From NCBI GenBank assembly GCA_041891055.1, contig CP169074.1, positions 1,600,001-1,664,000 on the forward strand: a stretch of 64,000 bases of DNA. The letters are read 5' to 3'. Positions 1 to 10,520 of this stretch are shown here, piece by piece. The translations under genes were made by a program, and so were the position numbers. Numbering within the stretch: position 1 is the first letter of the stretch; every line of letters begins with the position of its first letter. Under the pieces are notes generated by a model that made no database searches, was not told the origin of the DNA, and saw only the letters and a list, made by a program, of their open reading frames with translations. Source of the stretch: Halorutilales archaeon Cl-col2-1 (GTDB lineage: Archaea > Halobacteriota > Halobacteria > Halobacteriales > Afararchaeaceae).

Positions 1-935
1 ACCCTCTCCGACTCTATCTCGGTGCCTGCAGCCACAGTCTCGGGATCGTCCCCGGGTACTGCGACTACACAGCCTCCCCCACCCGCACCCGTGATCTTCG
101 CCCCCTCGGCTCCCGAGTCACGTGCCGCCCAGACCATCCTCGAAAGCGACGAGCTTCCGACCCCGAGTGCCTCTAGGAGACCGTGGTTGAGGTTCATGAG
201 ATCGCCCGTCTCTTCGATGTCTCCTCTCTTCACAGCGTCGACACCCTCGCGCGTGAGGTCGCCTATGCTCTCGACTACTCTCGCGGCGACGTCACTCTCC
301 TCCCTGAGACGTCTGACTCCCTCTACCATCTCCCCTGTCGGCGCGCTGTCTCCGTCATAGCCCACGACTAGCTCCGTCTCCGAGAACTCCTCTGTGTCGA
401 GGCTTCTGAGCTCGTCGTCGGGCTCGACGTAGGTCACTCCCCCGACCGCACTCGTGAAGGTGTCGGCGGGGGAAGCCGCACCCTGTACCTCCTTTTCGAC
501 CTCGTGTCCTATCTCGGCTATCCTCTCGGGGTCGAGTTCGACACCGAGTTCGCGCGTCACGGCGTCTACGGTAGCTACGACGACTGCGGCACTCGACCCT
601 AAGCCTGCTCCTATCGGAAGCTCCGACTCTATCTCGATTTCGAGTCTCGCGTCTGACTCGACCTCCTCGCGCGCTCTGTCGACTGCTGTCTCTATGTACT
701 CGAAGCCGTCAGTCTCTCCGGTTAGAATAGTCCTTTCGCCGTCGTACTCCGCGCGTATCTCGGATACCGGTAGCCCGGTGTCGGCGTCGGCGTGTATACT
801 GTCCCTCGTGTTGTCTGTCGTCCCGGCGGCTACGGTAACTCGTCTGTCTATGGCGCACACTACAGCGGGCTCGCCGTAGACTACGGCGTGCTCGCCGAAC
901 AGGAAGACCTTCCCCGGCGCGCTCGAAGTTTCCAT
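1..935 (-). CDS. mvk: Mevalonate kinase (3' end runs off the window)
   Basis: Not in ORF track. Manual translation from ATG at 935 gives METSSAPGKVFLFGEHAVVYGEPA; GHMP motifs PIGAGLGSSAA and GAKITGAGGGG; follows rps2 as is usual in euryarchaea. Confidence 0.95.
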   Translation of the reverse strand, partial: METSSAPGKVFLFGEHAVVYGEPAVVCAIDRRVTVAAGTTDNTRDSIHADADTGLPVSEIRAEYDGERTILTGETDGFEYIETAVDRAREEVESDARLEIEIESELPIGAGLGSSAAVVVATVDAVTRELGVELDPERIAEIGHEVEKEVQGAASPADTFTSAVGGVTYVEPDDELRSLDTEEFSETELVVGYDGDSAPTGEMVEGVRRLREESDVAARVVESIGDLTREGVDAVKRGDIEETGDLMNLNHGLLEALGVGSSSLSRMVWAARDSGAEGAKITGAGGGGCVVAVPGDDPETVAAGTEIESER

Positions 936-945
936 CTCCTCTACT

Positions 946-1725
946 CTACAGCTCTGTCTCGAAGTCTTCGAGCGTGTAGTCGGTCTCTGCTCCTCTCATG
1001 TCGAGTATCTCGTCAGCGAGTAGCCAGTAGACAGTTGCGAGTGCCTTACGTCCCTTGTTGTTGGTGGGTATGACGAGGTCGACGTTGTTGGTGGCATTGT
1101 TGGTATCACACATCGCTATGACGGGGATACCGACCGTGACAGCCTCCTTGACAGCCTGAGAGTCGCCAATCGGGTCTGTGACGACGACGACCTCGGGCTC
1201 TATGTAGCCCTCGTAGTCGGGGTTCGTGAGCGTGCCGGGTATGAAACGTCCAGCGCGAACCCTCGCTCCCGTGGCGTCGGCGAAGACCTCGGCGGGATGC
1301 TGTCCGTACTCACGTGACGAGGTCACGAGTATGTTACCCGGCTCGTAGTTGTCAAGGAAGCTCGCCGCGGTTCGTATCCTGTCGTCGGTCTTCTTCGCGT
1401 CTATGACATAGAGTCCGTCCTCTCTGACACGGTGGATGAACCTCTCCATGTCGCTCGTCTTCTGCTGTGTTCCTATGTGGACACCAGCAGCGAGGTAGTC
1501 GTCGACGGGTATGAGTAGCTCTCCCTCCTCTATGTCCTCTACCTGTGAGTCGGTGACTCCGCCAACTTCTTCTTCCTCTGTCTCAGCTTCTGTCTCTGTC
1601 TCTGTGTCTGTGTCTGCGTCTACGTCTGCTTCCTCGAAATCCCCTACGTCCTCCACGCCGGTCTCTTCTGCGTCAACGTCGACTTCTTCGTTCGTTTCGC
1701 CGTTGTCTTCCTGTTCTGTCTCCAT
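946..1725 (-). CDS. rps2: 30S ribosomal protein S2 (uS2) with acidic N-terminal extension
   Basis: [36 protein letters not shown]; start taken at ATG 1725. Confidence 0.97.
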   Translation of the reverse strand: METEQEDNGETNEEVDVDAEETGVEDVGDFEEADVDADTDTETETEAETEEEEVGGVTDSQVEDIEEGELLIPVDDYLAAGVHIGTQQKTSDMERFIHRVREDGLYVIDAKKTDDRIRTAASFLDNYEPGNILVTSSREYGQHPAEVFADATGARVRAGRFIPGTLTNPDYEGYIEPEVVVVTDPIGDSQAVKEAVTVGIPVIAMCDTNNATNNVDLVIPTNNKGRKALATVYWLLADEILDMRGAETDYTLEDFETEL

Positions 1726-1738
1726 GGTTGATCTTATC

Positions 1739-2956
1739 TTAGTAGTTGAGCTGTTTCTCAATCCTTATGAGTTCGTTTAGCTTAGCTGTGCGTTCTCCTC
1801 CGACGGCTCCCGTCTTTATGAACGAGGTTCCCATTCCGACGCTGAGATGTGCTATCGTCGCGTCCTCTGTCTCGCCGCTTCTGTGGGACATCACCGTCTC
1901 GTATCCGTTCCTATGAGCGGTCTCGACTGCGTCGTCCGTGAGACTCAGGCTGCCTATCTGGTTCGGCTTTATCAGAATCGAGTTCGCCGCGCCCTCGTTG
2001 ATACCTCTTTCGAGTCTCTCTACGTTCGTCACGAAGAGGTCGTCTCCACAGACGAGTACGTCGGTGTCGGATACTCGTTGGGTGAGTTCGGCAAATCCAT
2101 CGAAGTCGTCCTCCTCTAAGGGGTCTTCGACGTAGACGAGGTCGTGGTCACGTATCACAGACTCGACGTACTCTATCTGTTCGTCGGGACTCCTCTCGGT
2201 GTCTGAGTAGACGTATGTTCCTGCGTCCTCGTCCCAGATCTCGCTCGCCGCCATGTCGAGTCCTACACGTACCTCGAAGTCGGGGTCTACTCTGTCTATC
2301 GACTCTTCGAGTATCTCGAAAGCCTCGGAGTCGTCCACCGAGGGTGCCCACGCTCCCTCGTCACCCTTTCCTGCTGGTACTCCCCTCTCTTCGAGGACGT
2401 CTCCTATCGCAGAATGTATCTCAGCGTTCGTGAAAGCCGCCTCCTCGAAAGACGGTGCTCCGACGGGTGCGACCAAGAACTCCTGTATGTCGGTCGCCTC
2501 CTGAGCGTGCTCTCCCCCGCCTATCACATTTCCGAGGGGAGTCGGAAGCGACTGCCTCATGCTCCCTCCGACGTTGTGGTGAAGGGGTATTCCGACTGAG
2601 TTCGCCGCCGCCTTTGCTGTCGCCATCGATATAGCGACTGCGGAGTTGGCTCCAATTCCCGAGAAGTTGTGGGTTCCGTCGACTTCTTCGAGTACCGAGT
2701 CGACCTTTCTCTGGTTCGATGCGTCGACTCCCATAAGCTCGTCTATGGCTTCCTGTGCTTCGTCTACCGCCTCCTCGACGGGAAGCTCGACTGCCTCGTA
2801 CTCCCCCGTCGATGCTCCCGAGGGCGCGGCACCTCTTCCGACTCCGTTCCGGGTCGTAACCTCGGCTTCGACTGTCGGATTTCCGCGTGAGTCGAGTATC
2901 TTCGTGAGTTCGACTTCTTCTATGACGGTCTCGGTCTCTGTCGAGGTCAGGCTCAA
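1739..2956 (-). CDS. eno: Enolase
   Basis: [44 protein letters not shown]. Probable TTG start overlapping the rpoK stop (TTGA); the ORF-track extension to 3331 overlaps rpoK/rpoN. Confidence 0.95.
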   Translation of the reverse strand: MSLTSTETETVIEEVELTKILDSRGNPTVEAEVTTRNGVGRGAAPSGASTGEYEAVELPVEEAVDEAQEAIDELMGVDASNQRKVDSVLEEVDGTHNFSGIGANSAVAISMATAKAAANSVGIPLHHNVGGSMRQSLPTPLGNVIGGGEHAQEATDIQEFLVAPVGAPSFEEAAFTNAEIHSAIGDVLEERGVPAGKGDEGAWAPSVDDSEAFEILEESIDRVDPDFEVRVGLDMAASEIWDEDAGTYVYSDTERSPDEQIEYVESVIRDHDLVYVEDPLEEDDFDGFAELTQRVSDTDVLVCGDDLFVTNVERLERGINEGAANSILIKPNQIGSLSLTDDAVETAHRNGYETVMSHRSGETEDATIAHLSVGMGTSFIKTGAVGGERTAKLNELIRIEKQLNY

Positions 2957-3144
2957 GCCGACCCCCTCCTGACTGTGATCGGAAGCACACCGTTCTCTAG
3001 CTCCCTCTCGGCTATCAGAACAGGGTCGGAAGTCCCCGTATCTATGAGGGGCGGCGCTCCCTTCGATATCTGGAGGGCTCTCGCTCCGATTATCCTCGCC
3101 CTCTCGTATCTCGTGTACTCGTTCTGTGTCTTTATATCCGTCAT
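2953..3144 (-). CDS. rpoK: RNA polymerase subunit Rpo6/K
   Basis: [18 protein letters not shown] motif. Confidence 0.96.
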   Translation of the reverse strand: MTDIKTQNEYTRYERARIIGARALQISKGAPPLIDTGTSDPVLIAERELENGVLPITVRRGSA

Positions 3145-3156
3145 GGATTAGATTAC

Positions 3157-3348
3157 TTACTGGTACGGAGCCACGTCGTCGACGAGGTCTTCGTGGCTTA
3201 CAAGCATCCTTCTGCAGCAGTACCTGTCGACACCGAGTTCGTCGAGAACCTCCTCGGGGTCTTCTCCCTCGGACGTCCTCTCCTCGAACTCCTCGTAATG
3301 CTCCGACACGGGCTTGCCGCACGTGAAACATCTAACGGGGATCATCAT
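3157..3348 (-). CDS. rpoN: RNA polymerase subunit Rpo10/N
   Basis: [11 protein letters not shown]...RYCCRRML. Confidence 0.97.
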   Translation of the reverse strand: MMIPVRCFTCGKPVSEHYEEFEERTSEGEDPEEVLDELGVDRYCCRRMLVSHEDLVDDVAPYQ

Positions 3349-3362
3349 GGCTTATCACCTCT

Positions 3363-3773
3363 CTATCTGTACGACTTCTGGTAACGTGCTCTCGCTCCGG
3401 GTCCTCCGAACTTCTTCGCCTCCTTCTGTCTAGAGTCGTTTATGAGGAGAGACCGGTCGAACTCCATGTAGGCGTCTCTGAGTTCGGCGTCTCCGGTCCA
3501 GTCTACGAGTCCACGTGCGATAGCTGTCCTGACGGCGTCGGCGTGTGCTGAGACTCCGCCTCCCTCGACCTGTATGTCTATGTTGACTTTTCCTCTGAGA
3601 TCCTTCTCGGGGATACGGAAGGGCTCCTCCATCTTGAGACGCGCGCTCTCGGGCTCGAATAGCTCTATGGGCTCCGAGTTGACTCTCACGCGTCCGTTCC
3701 CCTCCTTAACCGTCGCGCGTGCGACAGCCGTCTTCTTCTTACCCGATGTGTTTACTGTGTCTGAGTCTACCAT
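3363..3773 (-). CDS. rps9: 30S ribosomal protein S9
   Basis: [10 protein letters not shown]...[17 protein letters not shown]. Confidence 0.97.
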   Translation of the reverse strand: MVDSDTVNTSGKKKTAVARATVKEGNGRVRVNSEPIELFEPESARLKMEEPFRIPEKDLRGKVNIDIQVEGGGVSAHADAVRTAIARGLVDWTGDAELRDAYMEFDRSLLINDSRQKEAKKFGGPGARARYQKSYR

Positions 3774-4228
3774 GTTACGTTAGCACCAAGCTTCTTGCTT
3801 ATCTCGCCGAGTCTGATGACCCTCGCCTTACCGAGGTTATCAGCGTCGGCGTCCTCTACGGTCTCGAACTCGACGTCGTCTCCGGCGTACTCCCTCGGGA
3901 CGTCTATGTAGAAACGCAGGTTCGACATCGCCTCACGTCCCCTCTTCTTCTTGTGGGGAACCATTCCCCTGACCGTCCTCCTCGCTAAGCCGTCGGGTCT
4001 CTTGGGATGGTCGGGACCCTGGTCGCTCCTCGCCGATGTCTTCTTCCTGTATCTTTCCACTGTCTCGTCAGTGTCACCTGAGACGACTATCCCCTCGGCG
4101 TTGACGACTGCTACCCTCTCTCCGTCTAGGAGTTTCGACGCGACGGTACTCGCGAGCCTTCCGAGAACCGCGTTCTTTCCGTCTATGACCGTACACTCGT
4201 CTGGACTGAACTCTGCTTCTGCCTTCAT
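3767..4228 (-). CDS. rpl13: 50S ribosomal protein L13
   Basis: [27 protein letters not shown]. Confidence 0.96.
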   Translation of the reverse strand: MKAEAEFSPDECTVIDGKNAVLGRLASTVASKLLDGERVAVVNAEGIVVSGDTDETVERYRKKTSARSDQGPDHPKRPDGLARRTVRGMVPHKKKRGREAMSNLRFYIDVPREYAGDDVEFETVEDADADNLGKARVIRLGEISKKLGANVTW

Positions 4229-4231
4229 GTT

Positions 4232-4588
4232 TCACCTCAGTATCCTTACGTTAGAGCCCTCGGGATTCTCCTCTATGTACTCATCGAGGAGTACGGTGTC
4301 ACCGTCGGCTCTGTCTATCTTGTCACGCGCCGACGACGAGAAGTCGAAGGCTGCGACCTTTACGCTCTTAGAGAGTACACCGCTTCCGAGAACCTTACCC
4401 GGAACTACTACTGCTTCGTCGTCCTCGGCGGCGTACCTCTCTATCTTTCCCAGGTTGACCTCGGAGTGGCTGCGGCGCGGCTTCTCGAGACGCGACGCTA
4501 CCTCCTCCCAGACACCTGCGTCCTCTTCTCGTGCGTACCTCCTCAGATCGTCGATGAGGCTTACGAGTCTTGGATTCTGTTTTTCCAT
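4232..4588 (-). CDS. rpl18e: 50S ribosomal protein L18e
   Basis: [32 protein letters not shown]. Confidence 0.96.
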   Translation of the reverse strand: MEKQNPRLVSLIDDLRRYAREEDAGVWEEVASRLEKPRRSHSEVNLGKIERYAAEDDEAVVVPGKVLGSGVLSKSVKVAAFDFSSSARDKIDRADGDTVLLDEYIEENPEGSNVRILR

Positions 4589-4621
4589 GTTTTCCTCTTT
4601 TGTGTTGTGTTTAAGCGTGAA

Positions 4622-4706
4622 TGCGGGGAGCCGGATTTGAACCGGCGAACCCCTACGGGACAGCGCCCTGAACGCTGCGCCGTTGGCCTAACTTGGCGAT
4701 CCCCGC
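4622..4706 (-). tRNA. tRNA-Leu(CAG)
   Basis: Reverse complement GCGGGGATCGCCAAG...CAGCG-TTCAGGG-CGCTG...long variable arm...GGTTCAAATCCGGCTCCCCGCA. Confidence 0.95.
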
Positions 4707-4748
4707 ACTACGTTTATTCAGTTCTACGTCGTTGCGTTGTTGTGTTGT

Positions 4749-5507
4749 CTATGGGGCTATACTACTCTGAAGCTCGTCGGCACGGCTCGACAGTGAGTCG
4801 GCGGCGTACTCGACTATCTCCTCGACACTGTGTGAGCCGTCTGTCTCAATCTGGAAGACGTACGAGTTGGGAACGTCCTCGACTCCGACGCCCTCTCCGA
4901 ACGCCTCCGTGATGTCGTTGTCGTACTCCTCCATGTCGACGAGCTCCCCGTCGTCAGTCTCGACTACTCCGCGGACTATCTTCTCGTCCTGAGGCTCGTC
5001 TGTCAGTCTCTTGAGCCTCGTGTATCCCACGGCGGTTCCTCCTTGGTTTTTGGCGTGTTCGGTTCCCTTTCCGAGCCTCGCTTTACACTCGGCGGTGAAC
5101 GCCTGACCCGGCTTGAGCTTGATTATGGGAATACCTCCCGTCACGGGCTCAACCTCGGGATCCTCGGAGTCGAGGTCGGACGAGTAGACTGTGACGTCCT
5201 CGTCGTCCGCCTCGATGTCCACGGTGAGGGAAACCTCACACTGAGCACAGCCCTCGCCCTCGCACGAACATTCGTCGGGGAGGTTGTATGACTCCAGATC
5301 CGTCGTCAGAGGAACCAGTCCGAGACGCAGCGATATGATCTCGTCGAACATCACCGACGTATTCTCGTACATGTCGACGTCGTCTATCGACATCGTCGGA
5401 ACGCCCGAGAGTATCGTACGTCTGATACCGTTCGCGAAAGCCGGCGACACGTCTCTCACGAGAAGACGTGCCTTCTGGTCGGACTTGTCTATGTACTCCG
5501 TCTCCAT
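4749..5507 (-). CDS. rpoD: RNA polymerase subunit Rpo3/D
   Basis: FANGIRRTILSGVPTMSID, ENTSVMFDE, RLGLVPL, GTEHAK; alternative start at 5525. Confidence 0.96.
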   Translation of the reverse strand: METEYIDKSDQKARLLVRDVSPAFANGIRRTILSGVPTMSIDDVDMYENTSVMFDEIISLRLGLVPLTTDLESYNLPDECSCEGEGCAQCEVSLTVDIEADDEDVTVYSSDLDSEDPEVEPVTGGIPIIKLKPGQAFTAECKARLGKGTEHAKNQGGTAVGYTRLKRLTDEPQDEKIVRGVVETDDGELVDMEEYDNDITEAFGEGVGVEDVPNSYVFQIETDGSHSVEEIVEYAADSLSSRADELQSSIAP

Positions 5508-5514
5508 GCTGTTG

Positions 5515-5916
5515 TTATAGTCCACGTCTTCCCTTGGGACCCTTACAGCCGTCGTGGGGAATCGGGGTGACGTCCTCTATACGTCCTATTTCGAGTCCAG
5601 CACGAGCGAGTGCCCTTATAGCCGCCTGCGCTCCGGGTCCGGGGTTGGTGTTCATGTTGCCACCAGGGGCACGTATACGGACGTGGACGCCCTCTATCCC
5701 CTTCTCCTGTGCGGCGTTTGCGACTTCCTCAGCCATCTGCATCGCGGCGTAGGGTGTCGACTCGTTGCGGCTCTGCTTCACGACTGAACCTCCGCTACTC
5801 TTAGCGAGCGTCTCAGCACCAGTCACGTCTGTGAGTGTGATGATGCTGTTGTTCATGCTCGCGTGTATATGTGCGACTCCCCATCTCGATCCGTTGTGTT
5901 CCTCAGATTCGCTCAT
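5515..5916 (-). CDS. rps11: 30S ribosomal protein S11
   Basis: [27 protein letters not shown]. Confidence 0.97.
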   Translation of the reverse strand: MSESEEHNGSRWGVAHIHASMNNSIITLTDVTGAETLAKSSGGSVVKQSRNESTPYAAMQMAEEVANAAQEKGIEGVHVRIRAPGGNMNTNPGPGAQAAIRALARAGLEIGRIEDVTPIPHDGCKGPKGRRGL

Positions 5917-6449
5917 TCTTGTTCACCTGCTCTTTCGGGATGTAGGTCGTCGGAGAGAGGCGAGTTGCCGTAGAACTCGATCTCCGACTCCTCGTCCACC
6001 TCTACCTTGTAGCTCGGTATTGTGACTCTCTTTCCGTCGACGGCTATGTGTCCGTGGGCGATGAACTGTCTCGCCTGGTCTACGGTGTTGGCGAGACCTT
6101 TTCTGTGAACCTGTGTCTGGAGACGTCTTTCGAGTATGTCGGTAACATCGAGTCCGAGTATGTCGTCGACGCCGCCCTCCGACCTCAGGATTCCGAGCCT
6201 GCGGAGTCTCTCGACGAGCTGGTCACGCGCGGTCTCGACCTGCTGTGACGCCGTGCCCTCGGCGGTCTCTCCGAGTATACGTCGTGCCTCACGTCTGTGG
6301 TCACGTAGCTCCGACTGGGCGTCCCACAGCTCTCTCTTGTTCTTGAGACCGTACTCGTCGACGAGCCTGTGTTCGTCGCTTATCCTCTCGCCCTGGAAGG
6401 GATGGTTGGGCGTCTCGTAGTCCTTCGTGTTCTTACCCGGGTATCCCAT
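5913..6449 (-). CDS. rps4: 30S ribosomal protein S4
   Basis: [28 protein letters not shown]. Confidence 0.97.
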   Translation of the reverse strand: MGYPGKNTKDYETPNHPFQGERISDEHRLVDEYGLKNKRELWDAQSELRDHRREARRILGETAEGTASQQVETARDQLVERLRRLGILRSEGGVDDILGLDVTDILERRLQTQVHRKGLANTVDQARQFIAHGHIAVDGKRVTIPSYKVEVDEESEIEFYGNSPLSDDLHPERAGEQE

Positions 6450-6955
6450 TATTCTTCACCTCCTTCCTCGGCGGCTTCCTCCTGAAGCTCAGAGACCTTG
6501 ACTTCGACCTCTCCGCCGGTACGTCCCGTCGACTTCGTGCGCTGTCCACGTACCTTCTTGCCCTTCCTGTGTCGTATTCCCTTGTACGACTCGATCTTCT
6601 GCATCCTGCTTATGTCCTCCTCGTGGACTATTTCGAGGTCTCCTCCTATAACGTGTCTGTCCTCTCCCGTGTAACGATCCTTCTCGCGGTTGAGCATCCA
6701 GTCGGGAGCTATCTCGTCGAAGTTCCTAACTGCATCCTTGACCGCCTCTATCTCGTCGTCTTCTAGCTTACCCAGGATACTCCTCGGGTCGACATCTATC
6801 TCGTGCGCTACAGTCTTTGCGGCTCGTCTACCTACTCCGTCCATCTCTAAGAGAGCGGTCTCGACGCTCTTAGTACCGTCGAGATCGGTTCTCCCGACAC
6901 GTACGAAGTACTGGATGTCCTCGTCTTCTTGTTCTTGGTCTTCCTCAGCACTCAT
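6449..6955 (-). CDS. rps13: 30S ribosomal protein S13
   Basis: [23 protein letters not shown]. Confidence 0.97.
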   Translation of the reverse strand: MSAEEDQEQEDEDIQYFVRVGRTDLDGTKSVETALLEMDGVGRRAAKTVAHEIDVDPRSILGKLEDDEIEAVKDAVRNFDEIAPDWMLNREKDRYTGEDRHVIGGDLEIVHEEDISRMQKIESYKGIRHRKGKKVRGQRTKSTGRTGGEVEVKVSELQEEAAEEGGEE

Positions 6956-7005
6956 GTTGTGTTACGTTGCTTTGTTGTTGTCTTGTTTTCTTCAGCGCTT
7001 TTCGA

Positions 7006-7088
7006 CGTCGGGAGAGGGATTCGAACCCCCGCGGCGAGAACGCCACAGGATTAGCAATCCTGCGCCTTAACCACTCGGCCATCCCGAC
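7006..7088 (-). tRNA. tRNA-Ser(GCT)
   Basis: Reverse complement GTCGGGATGGCCGAGTGGTTAAGGCG-CAGGA-TTGCTAA-TCCTG...GGTTCGAATCCCTCTCCCGACG. Confidence 0.95.
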
Positions 7089-7194
7089 TCGAAGCTTGGG
7101 TTTGTCTTTTGGCTGATTTGCTTTCTATACGTCGCCCATCCGGACTCGGGGCATACACCCCTACATTCAAACGTGTTAGTAGAGTACGTTCTCG

Positions 7195-7205
7195 TTAATA
7201 TAAAG
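7195..7205 (-). promoter_or_regulatory. Probable TATA box of the tRNA-Ser/S13 operon
   Basis: CTTTATATTAA on the minus strand in an AT-rich patch upstream of the operon. Confidence 0.55.
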
Positions 7206-7251
7206 ACAACGGTTCTAACCCCCCTAGACAAAGGTTACCGTGGTCTTCGTC

Positions 7252-7965
7252 TCAGAGATCGCCCTTCTCGACGACCTCTGTCTCGGCGTTTCCGTCGGTT
7301 ATCTTGTTGACAAGGTCGTAGAAGTCGTTCTGCATACCAGCGGGGAACTCGACGACTGCTATCCAAGAGCCGTCGGAACGCCACTCCTCGTCCTTCAGGT
7401 CACCGAACTCCCTGAGCTGACCCTGTGCCGCGCCCGCGTACTCCGCCGGAATCCTAGTCGCCACGGTAATCTCCTCGAAACGTATCGGTATCACGGGACG
7501 CAGTGCGTCGACCGCCTCGTCGACCTGTGACGACGCGGGCTCCATCGGGTCGACGTCGAAGCCCGCTTGGTCGAGAGCCCTGTCTATCCTGTCGGGCGGA
7601 TGAGGTGTGTTCTTCTCCTGAGGATTGATAGCGTTTCTCGCTATCGTGTTGATTATCTGTTTCCTCTTGTCCTCCTTCATCTGTTCGCGCTGCTCCGCCG
7701 TGATCTGTATCTCTCCCTGTCTCACGACCTCAGGAATTATCTCGAGAGGCTGGGTCGTCCCGAAGACCTCTTCGAGAGCCTCCTCGGGGGGACGGTCGCC
7801 GCGTGACGCGTTCTCGAAGACGTCCTCAACGGCTATGACGTCTTCCAGATCGCCGTCGAACTCGCCTCTCTTTATAGAGAGCGCGGCGTCGGGGTCTACG
7901 AGAACCTCGAAACGCTCGCCGTGTGACTCGTAACGTACCGTGACGGCTTCGTCGAGGGAGATCAT
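7252..7965 (-). CDS. Ribosome maturation protein SBDS/Sdo1
   Basis: GERFEVLVDP, GEIQITAEQR, NAINPQ...PHPPDRI. Confidence 0.95.
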   Translation of the reverse strand: MISLDEAVTVRYESHGERFEVLVDPDAALSIKRGEFDGDLEDVIAVEDVFENASRGDRPPEEALEEVFGTTQPLEIIPEVVRQGEIQITAEQREQMKEDKRKQIINTIARNAINPQEKNTPHPPDRIDRALDQAGFDVDPMEPASSQVDEAVDALRPVIPIRFEEITVATRIPAEYAGAAQGQLREFGDLKDEEWRSDGSWIAVVEFPAGMQNDFYDLVNKITDGNAETEVVEKGDL

Positions 7966-7967
7966 TC

Positions 7968-8684
7968 TTACAGGTGCTCGCTTATCTCGTCGTTCGAGAG
8001 TTCGGTGTAGTTCTCGGTCTCTGTCTCTATCACTGCGACCTCGAAGTTCTCGACCTTGGTCTCCTCGTCGTCGGGTCTCGACTCAGCGGCGGCGTCGAGT
8101 GCTAAGCCTACCGCGTCGTCGAGGCTCATGTCGTCTTCGTAGGTCTCCTCTAGGTAGTCTATGATGTCGTTCGAGTCGGAGCCTATCGCTGTCGCCTTCC
8201 ACTCGTAGAAGCTTCCGCTCGGGTCGGTCTCGAAGACACGCGGCTCGCCGTCCTCTATGCCTCCGGCTATCAGGGCGACACCGAAGGGACGCACGCCACC
8301 GCGCTGTGTGAACTCCTGTATCTCGTCGGAGAGATGACGAACCGCTGTCTCGACACCTATCGGCTCCTTGTAAGAAGCCCTGTTGACCTGGGACTCCTCA
8401 CGTAGCTTGTCTATGAGCTTACGCGCGTCGGTGACGTGTCCCGCGCTCGCCGCTCCTATGTGTGAGTCTATCTTGAAGATCTTCTCTATCGTCTCCGACT
8501 CCATCAGAGACGATCCGACGCGTTTGAACGCCGCGAGGACAACACCCTCAGGTACTGCGACTCCGACGCTCGCGGTTCCTCTCTTGACCGCCTCGCGTGC
8601 GTACTCAACCTGGTAGAGACGCCCGTCGGGGCTGAATATAGTTATTCCTCTGTCGTATGCCTGCTGCTGTGAGTTTGGTTGCAA
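7968..8684 (-). CDS. psmA: Proteasome alpha subunit
   Basis: YDRGITIFSPDGRLYQVEYAREAVKRG; TTG start preceded by SD-like GGAAGTGAT. Confidence 0.96.
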   Translation of the reverse strand: MQPNSQQQAYDRGITIFSPDGRLYQVEYAREAVKRGTASVGVAVPEGVVLAAFKRVGSSLMESETIEKIFKIDSHIGAASAGHVTDARKLIDKLREESQVNRASYKEPIGVETAVRHLSDEIQEFTQRGGVRPFGVALIAGGIEDGEPRVFETDPSGSFYEWKATAIGSDSNDIIDYLEETYEDDMSLDDAVGLALDAAAESRPDDEETKVENFEVAVIETETENYTELSNDEISEHL

Positions 8685-8707
8685 GTTAAGATCACTTCCT
8701 GTTTGTC

Positions 8708-9187
8708 TTACTTAAAATCATGTACAGTGGCACCTATAAATACTGTGCCCTCTTCGTCGGTCTCCTCGGCTTCGAAGTCGAGACGGTCTCGGCTCTTCCA
8801 CGCGACTCTCGTGACGCCGTCGTCTTCGACTTCGACCCTCTCCCAGTCGGGCTTCGAGAACTTCTCTCTGCCAGAGTTGAGAGTTCCGCTCACTCCCACG
8901 ACTCTCACTCCGACGTCCTCTCCTTCGACAGACGTCACACACGCGAGTGCGCTACGGATCTCGTCGACTCTGTCGTGGGCGCATCTCACGACGCCGACGG
9001 GCGGGTCGTACTCGATCAGCTCGGCGCGCGCCTCGCTCGACACTATGTCGCCGAAGAGGTTCTGTGACTCGAACCAGATCTGTCTCTCAAGACTCTTCTC
9101 GTCGACTTTCCCTGAGTTGGGAAGTGTTTCGACCTCGAAGAAGACGTATCTGTGTCTGGGTTCGAGCGACTTCGGGAGACGTTTCAT
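8708..9187 (-). CDS. rnp2: RNase P protein Pop5/Rpp14
   Basis: LPKSLEPRHRYVFF, LFGD, VVGVSGTL; position between rnp3 and psmA. Confidence 0.9.
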   Translation of the reverse strand: MKRLPKSLEPRHRYVFFEVETLPNSGKVDEKSLERQIWFESQNLFGDIVSSEARAELIEYDPPVGVVRCAHDRVDEIRSALACVTSVEGEDVGVRVVGVSGTLNSGREKFSKPDWERVEVEDDGVTRVAWKSRDRLDFEAEETDEEGTVFIGATVHDFK

Positions 9188-9855
9188 AGAACCTCGACCA
9201 CCTCGTCGTCTTCGCTCTCGACTATACTACTCGGCGTCTCAACGGTACCCTCGTGTATCTCGTCGTCGTCGAAGCCCACCATCTCACACAGAGCTTCGAC
9301 TTCGCGCGCGCCCTTGAGTTCGAGGTGTGAGAAGGGGTCGGCTGAGACGACGAAGGGTGCGGAGTACTTCCTGACGAGCTTGAGGAGGAGCTTCATGTCC
9401 CTGAGTTCGTGGACACGTCTTCCTCCCGACTCTCTCAAGACGTTCCGAAGGCTGAACTCGAGAGCGACATCATTCTCGGCGGCTTGCTTCACTAAGACGT
9501 GGTTGAAACCCCTGTGTCTTCCCTCGTGTGGGTGAGACAGGACGTCTACCCTATCCGAGGACACCGCGGCTCTGTTTATCGCCTCATCGCCGCCGTGGAC
9601 ACAGACACAGTCGTACTCGTCGCCCGCGTAGCCGCCGAGGTAGCCGTGTAGCTCGTCGGGTGTCTCGGCGCGTATCTCGACTCCTTTATACACGTCTACG
9701 TCTACGTCGGAACTCACGTTCGGACTCACGTCGTCGGGGAGGGAGTCGGAGTGGTTCCTCACGACTACCGAAGAGTAGCCCGCACAGTCGGCAGTGAGAG
9801 CCATCCTTTCGAGAGTCGTGGGAGCCTCGGGAGCGACGTGGACGAACTCGAACAT
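9184..9855 (-). CDS. rnp3: RNase P protein Rpp30
   Basis: VHGGDEAINRAAV, VDVLSHP, NHVLVKQAAENDVALEF. Confidence 0.92.
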   Translation of the reverse strand: MFEFVHVAPEAPTTLERMALTADCAGYSSVVVRNHSDSLPDDVSPNVSSDVDVDVYKGVEIRAETPDELHGYLGGYAGDEYDCVCVHGGDEAINRAAVSSDRVDVLSHPHEGRHRGFNHVLVKQAAENDVALEFSLRNVLRESGGRRVHELRDMKLLLKLVRKYSAPFVVSADPFSHLELKGAREVEALCEMVGFDDDEIHEGTVETPSSIVESEDDEVVEVL

Positions 9856-9943
9856 CTAACCTTCCTAGGACATCAGACGTGGTTAAGCTTCTCATTCTCA
9901 CAAATATCGCAGAAGGTTTAGACGCTCTCCCCCAACTCAGAGT

Positions 9944-10504
9944 ATGTACATAGGACGTTTCGTGATAGTCGCGCCCGAGTTCGGAGCATACCGAGTCTCT
10001 TCGAGGTCTTTCCCCGACCGCGTAGTAAGGGAGTCCGAGGACGTCGACGGTCTCTCTGTCGTCCCCGAGGAACAGTATGACAACCCCTATGTCTCGTACA
10101 ACTGTCTCAGGAAGACCGAGAACTCGACGGTGATAGGAAACGGGACACACGTCGACCCGATAGCCGAGAAGATCGGGATGGGATACCCCGCAAGGGACGC
10201 CCTCTCGCTCGCTCTCCTGTCTCTCGACTTCGAGAAGGACGACTACGACACACCGCGCGTCGCGGGTGTAGTGGGTGACGACGCCGACTCTTACATAGGA
10301 ATAGTAACCAAGGACTCGCTCGTCGTTGAGAAGGTCGAAGAGCCCACACTCGTCGCTACATACGAGGAACAGAAGCCGACGACTCTGGAGTTCTCAGCTG
10401 ACGACGCCGACGACGCCGCCGAGAAGGCATACGGTCTCGACTACGAACATCCCGTCGCGGCGTGTGCTGTCTACGACGGAGAGACGGCGATCTACAACGG
10501 CTGA
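9944..10504 (+). CDS. purO: Archaeal IMP cyclohydrolase
   Basis: MYIGRF, YRVSSRSFPDR, NPYVSYNC, EKDDYDTPRVAG. Confidence 0.95.
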   Translation: MYIGRFVIVAPEFGAYRVSSRSFPDRVVRESEDVDGLSVVPEEQYDNPYVSYNCLRKTENSTVIGNGTHVDPIAEKIGMGYPARDALSLALLSLDFEKDDYDTPRVAGVVGDDADSYIGIVTKDSLVVEKVEEPTLVATYEEQKPTTLEFSADDADDAAEKAYGLDYEHPVAACAVYDGETAIYNG

Positions 10505-10520
10505 ATAACTAACTCTAACT

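Noticed and set aside
1565-1625. TCTG/TGTC microsatellite-like runs
   Set aside because: They encode low-complexity acidic ET/DT tracts typical of halophilic proteins.
2957-3331. N-terminal extension of enolase in the ORF track
   Set aside because: Overlaps rpoK and rpoN in other frames; not enolase-like.
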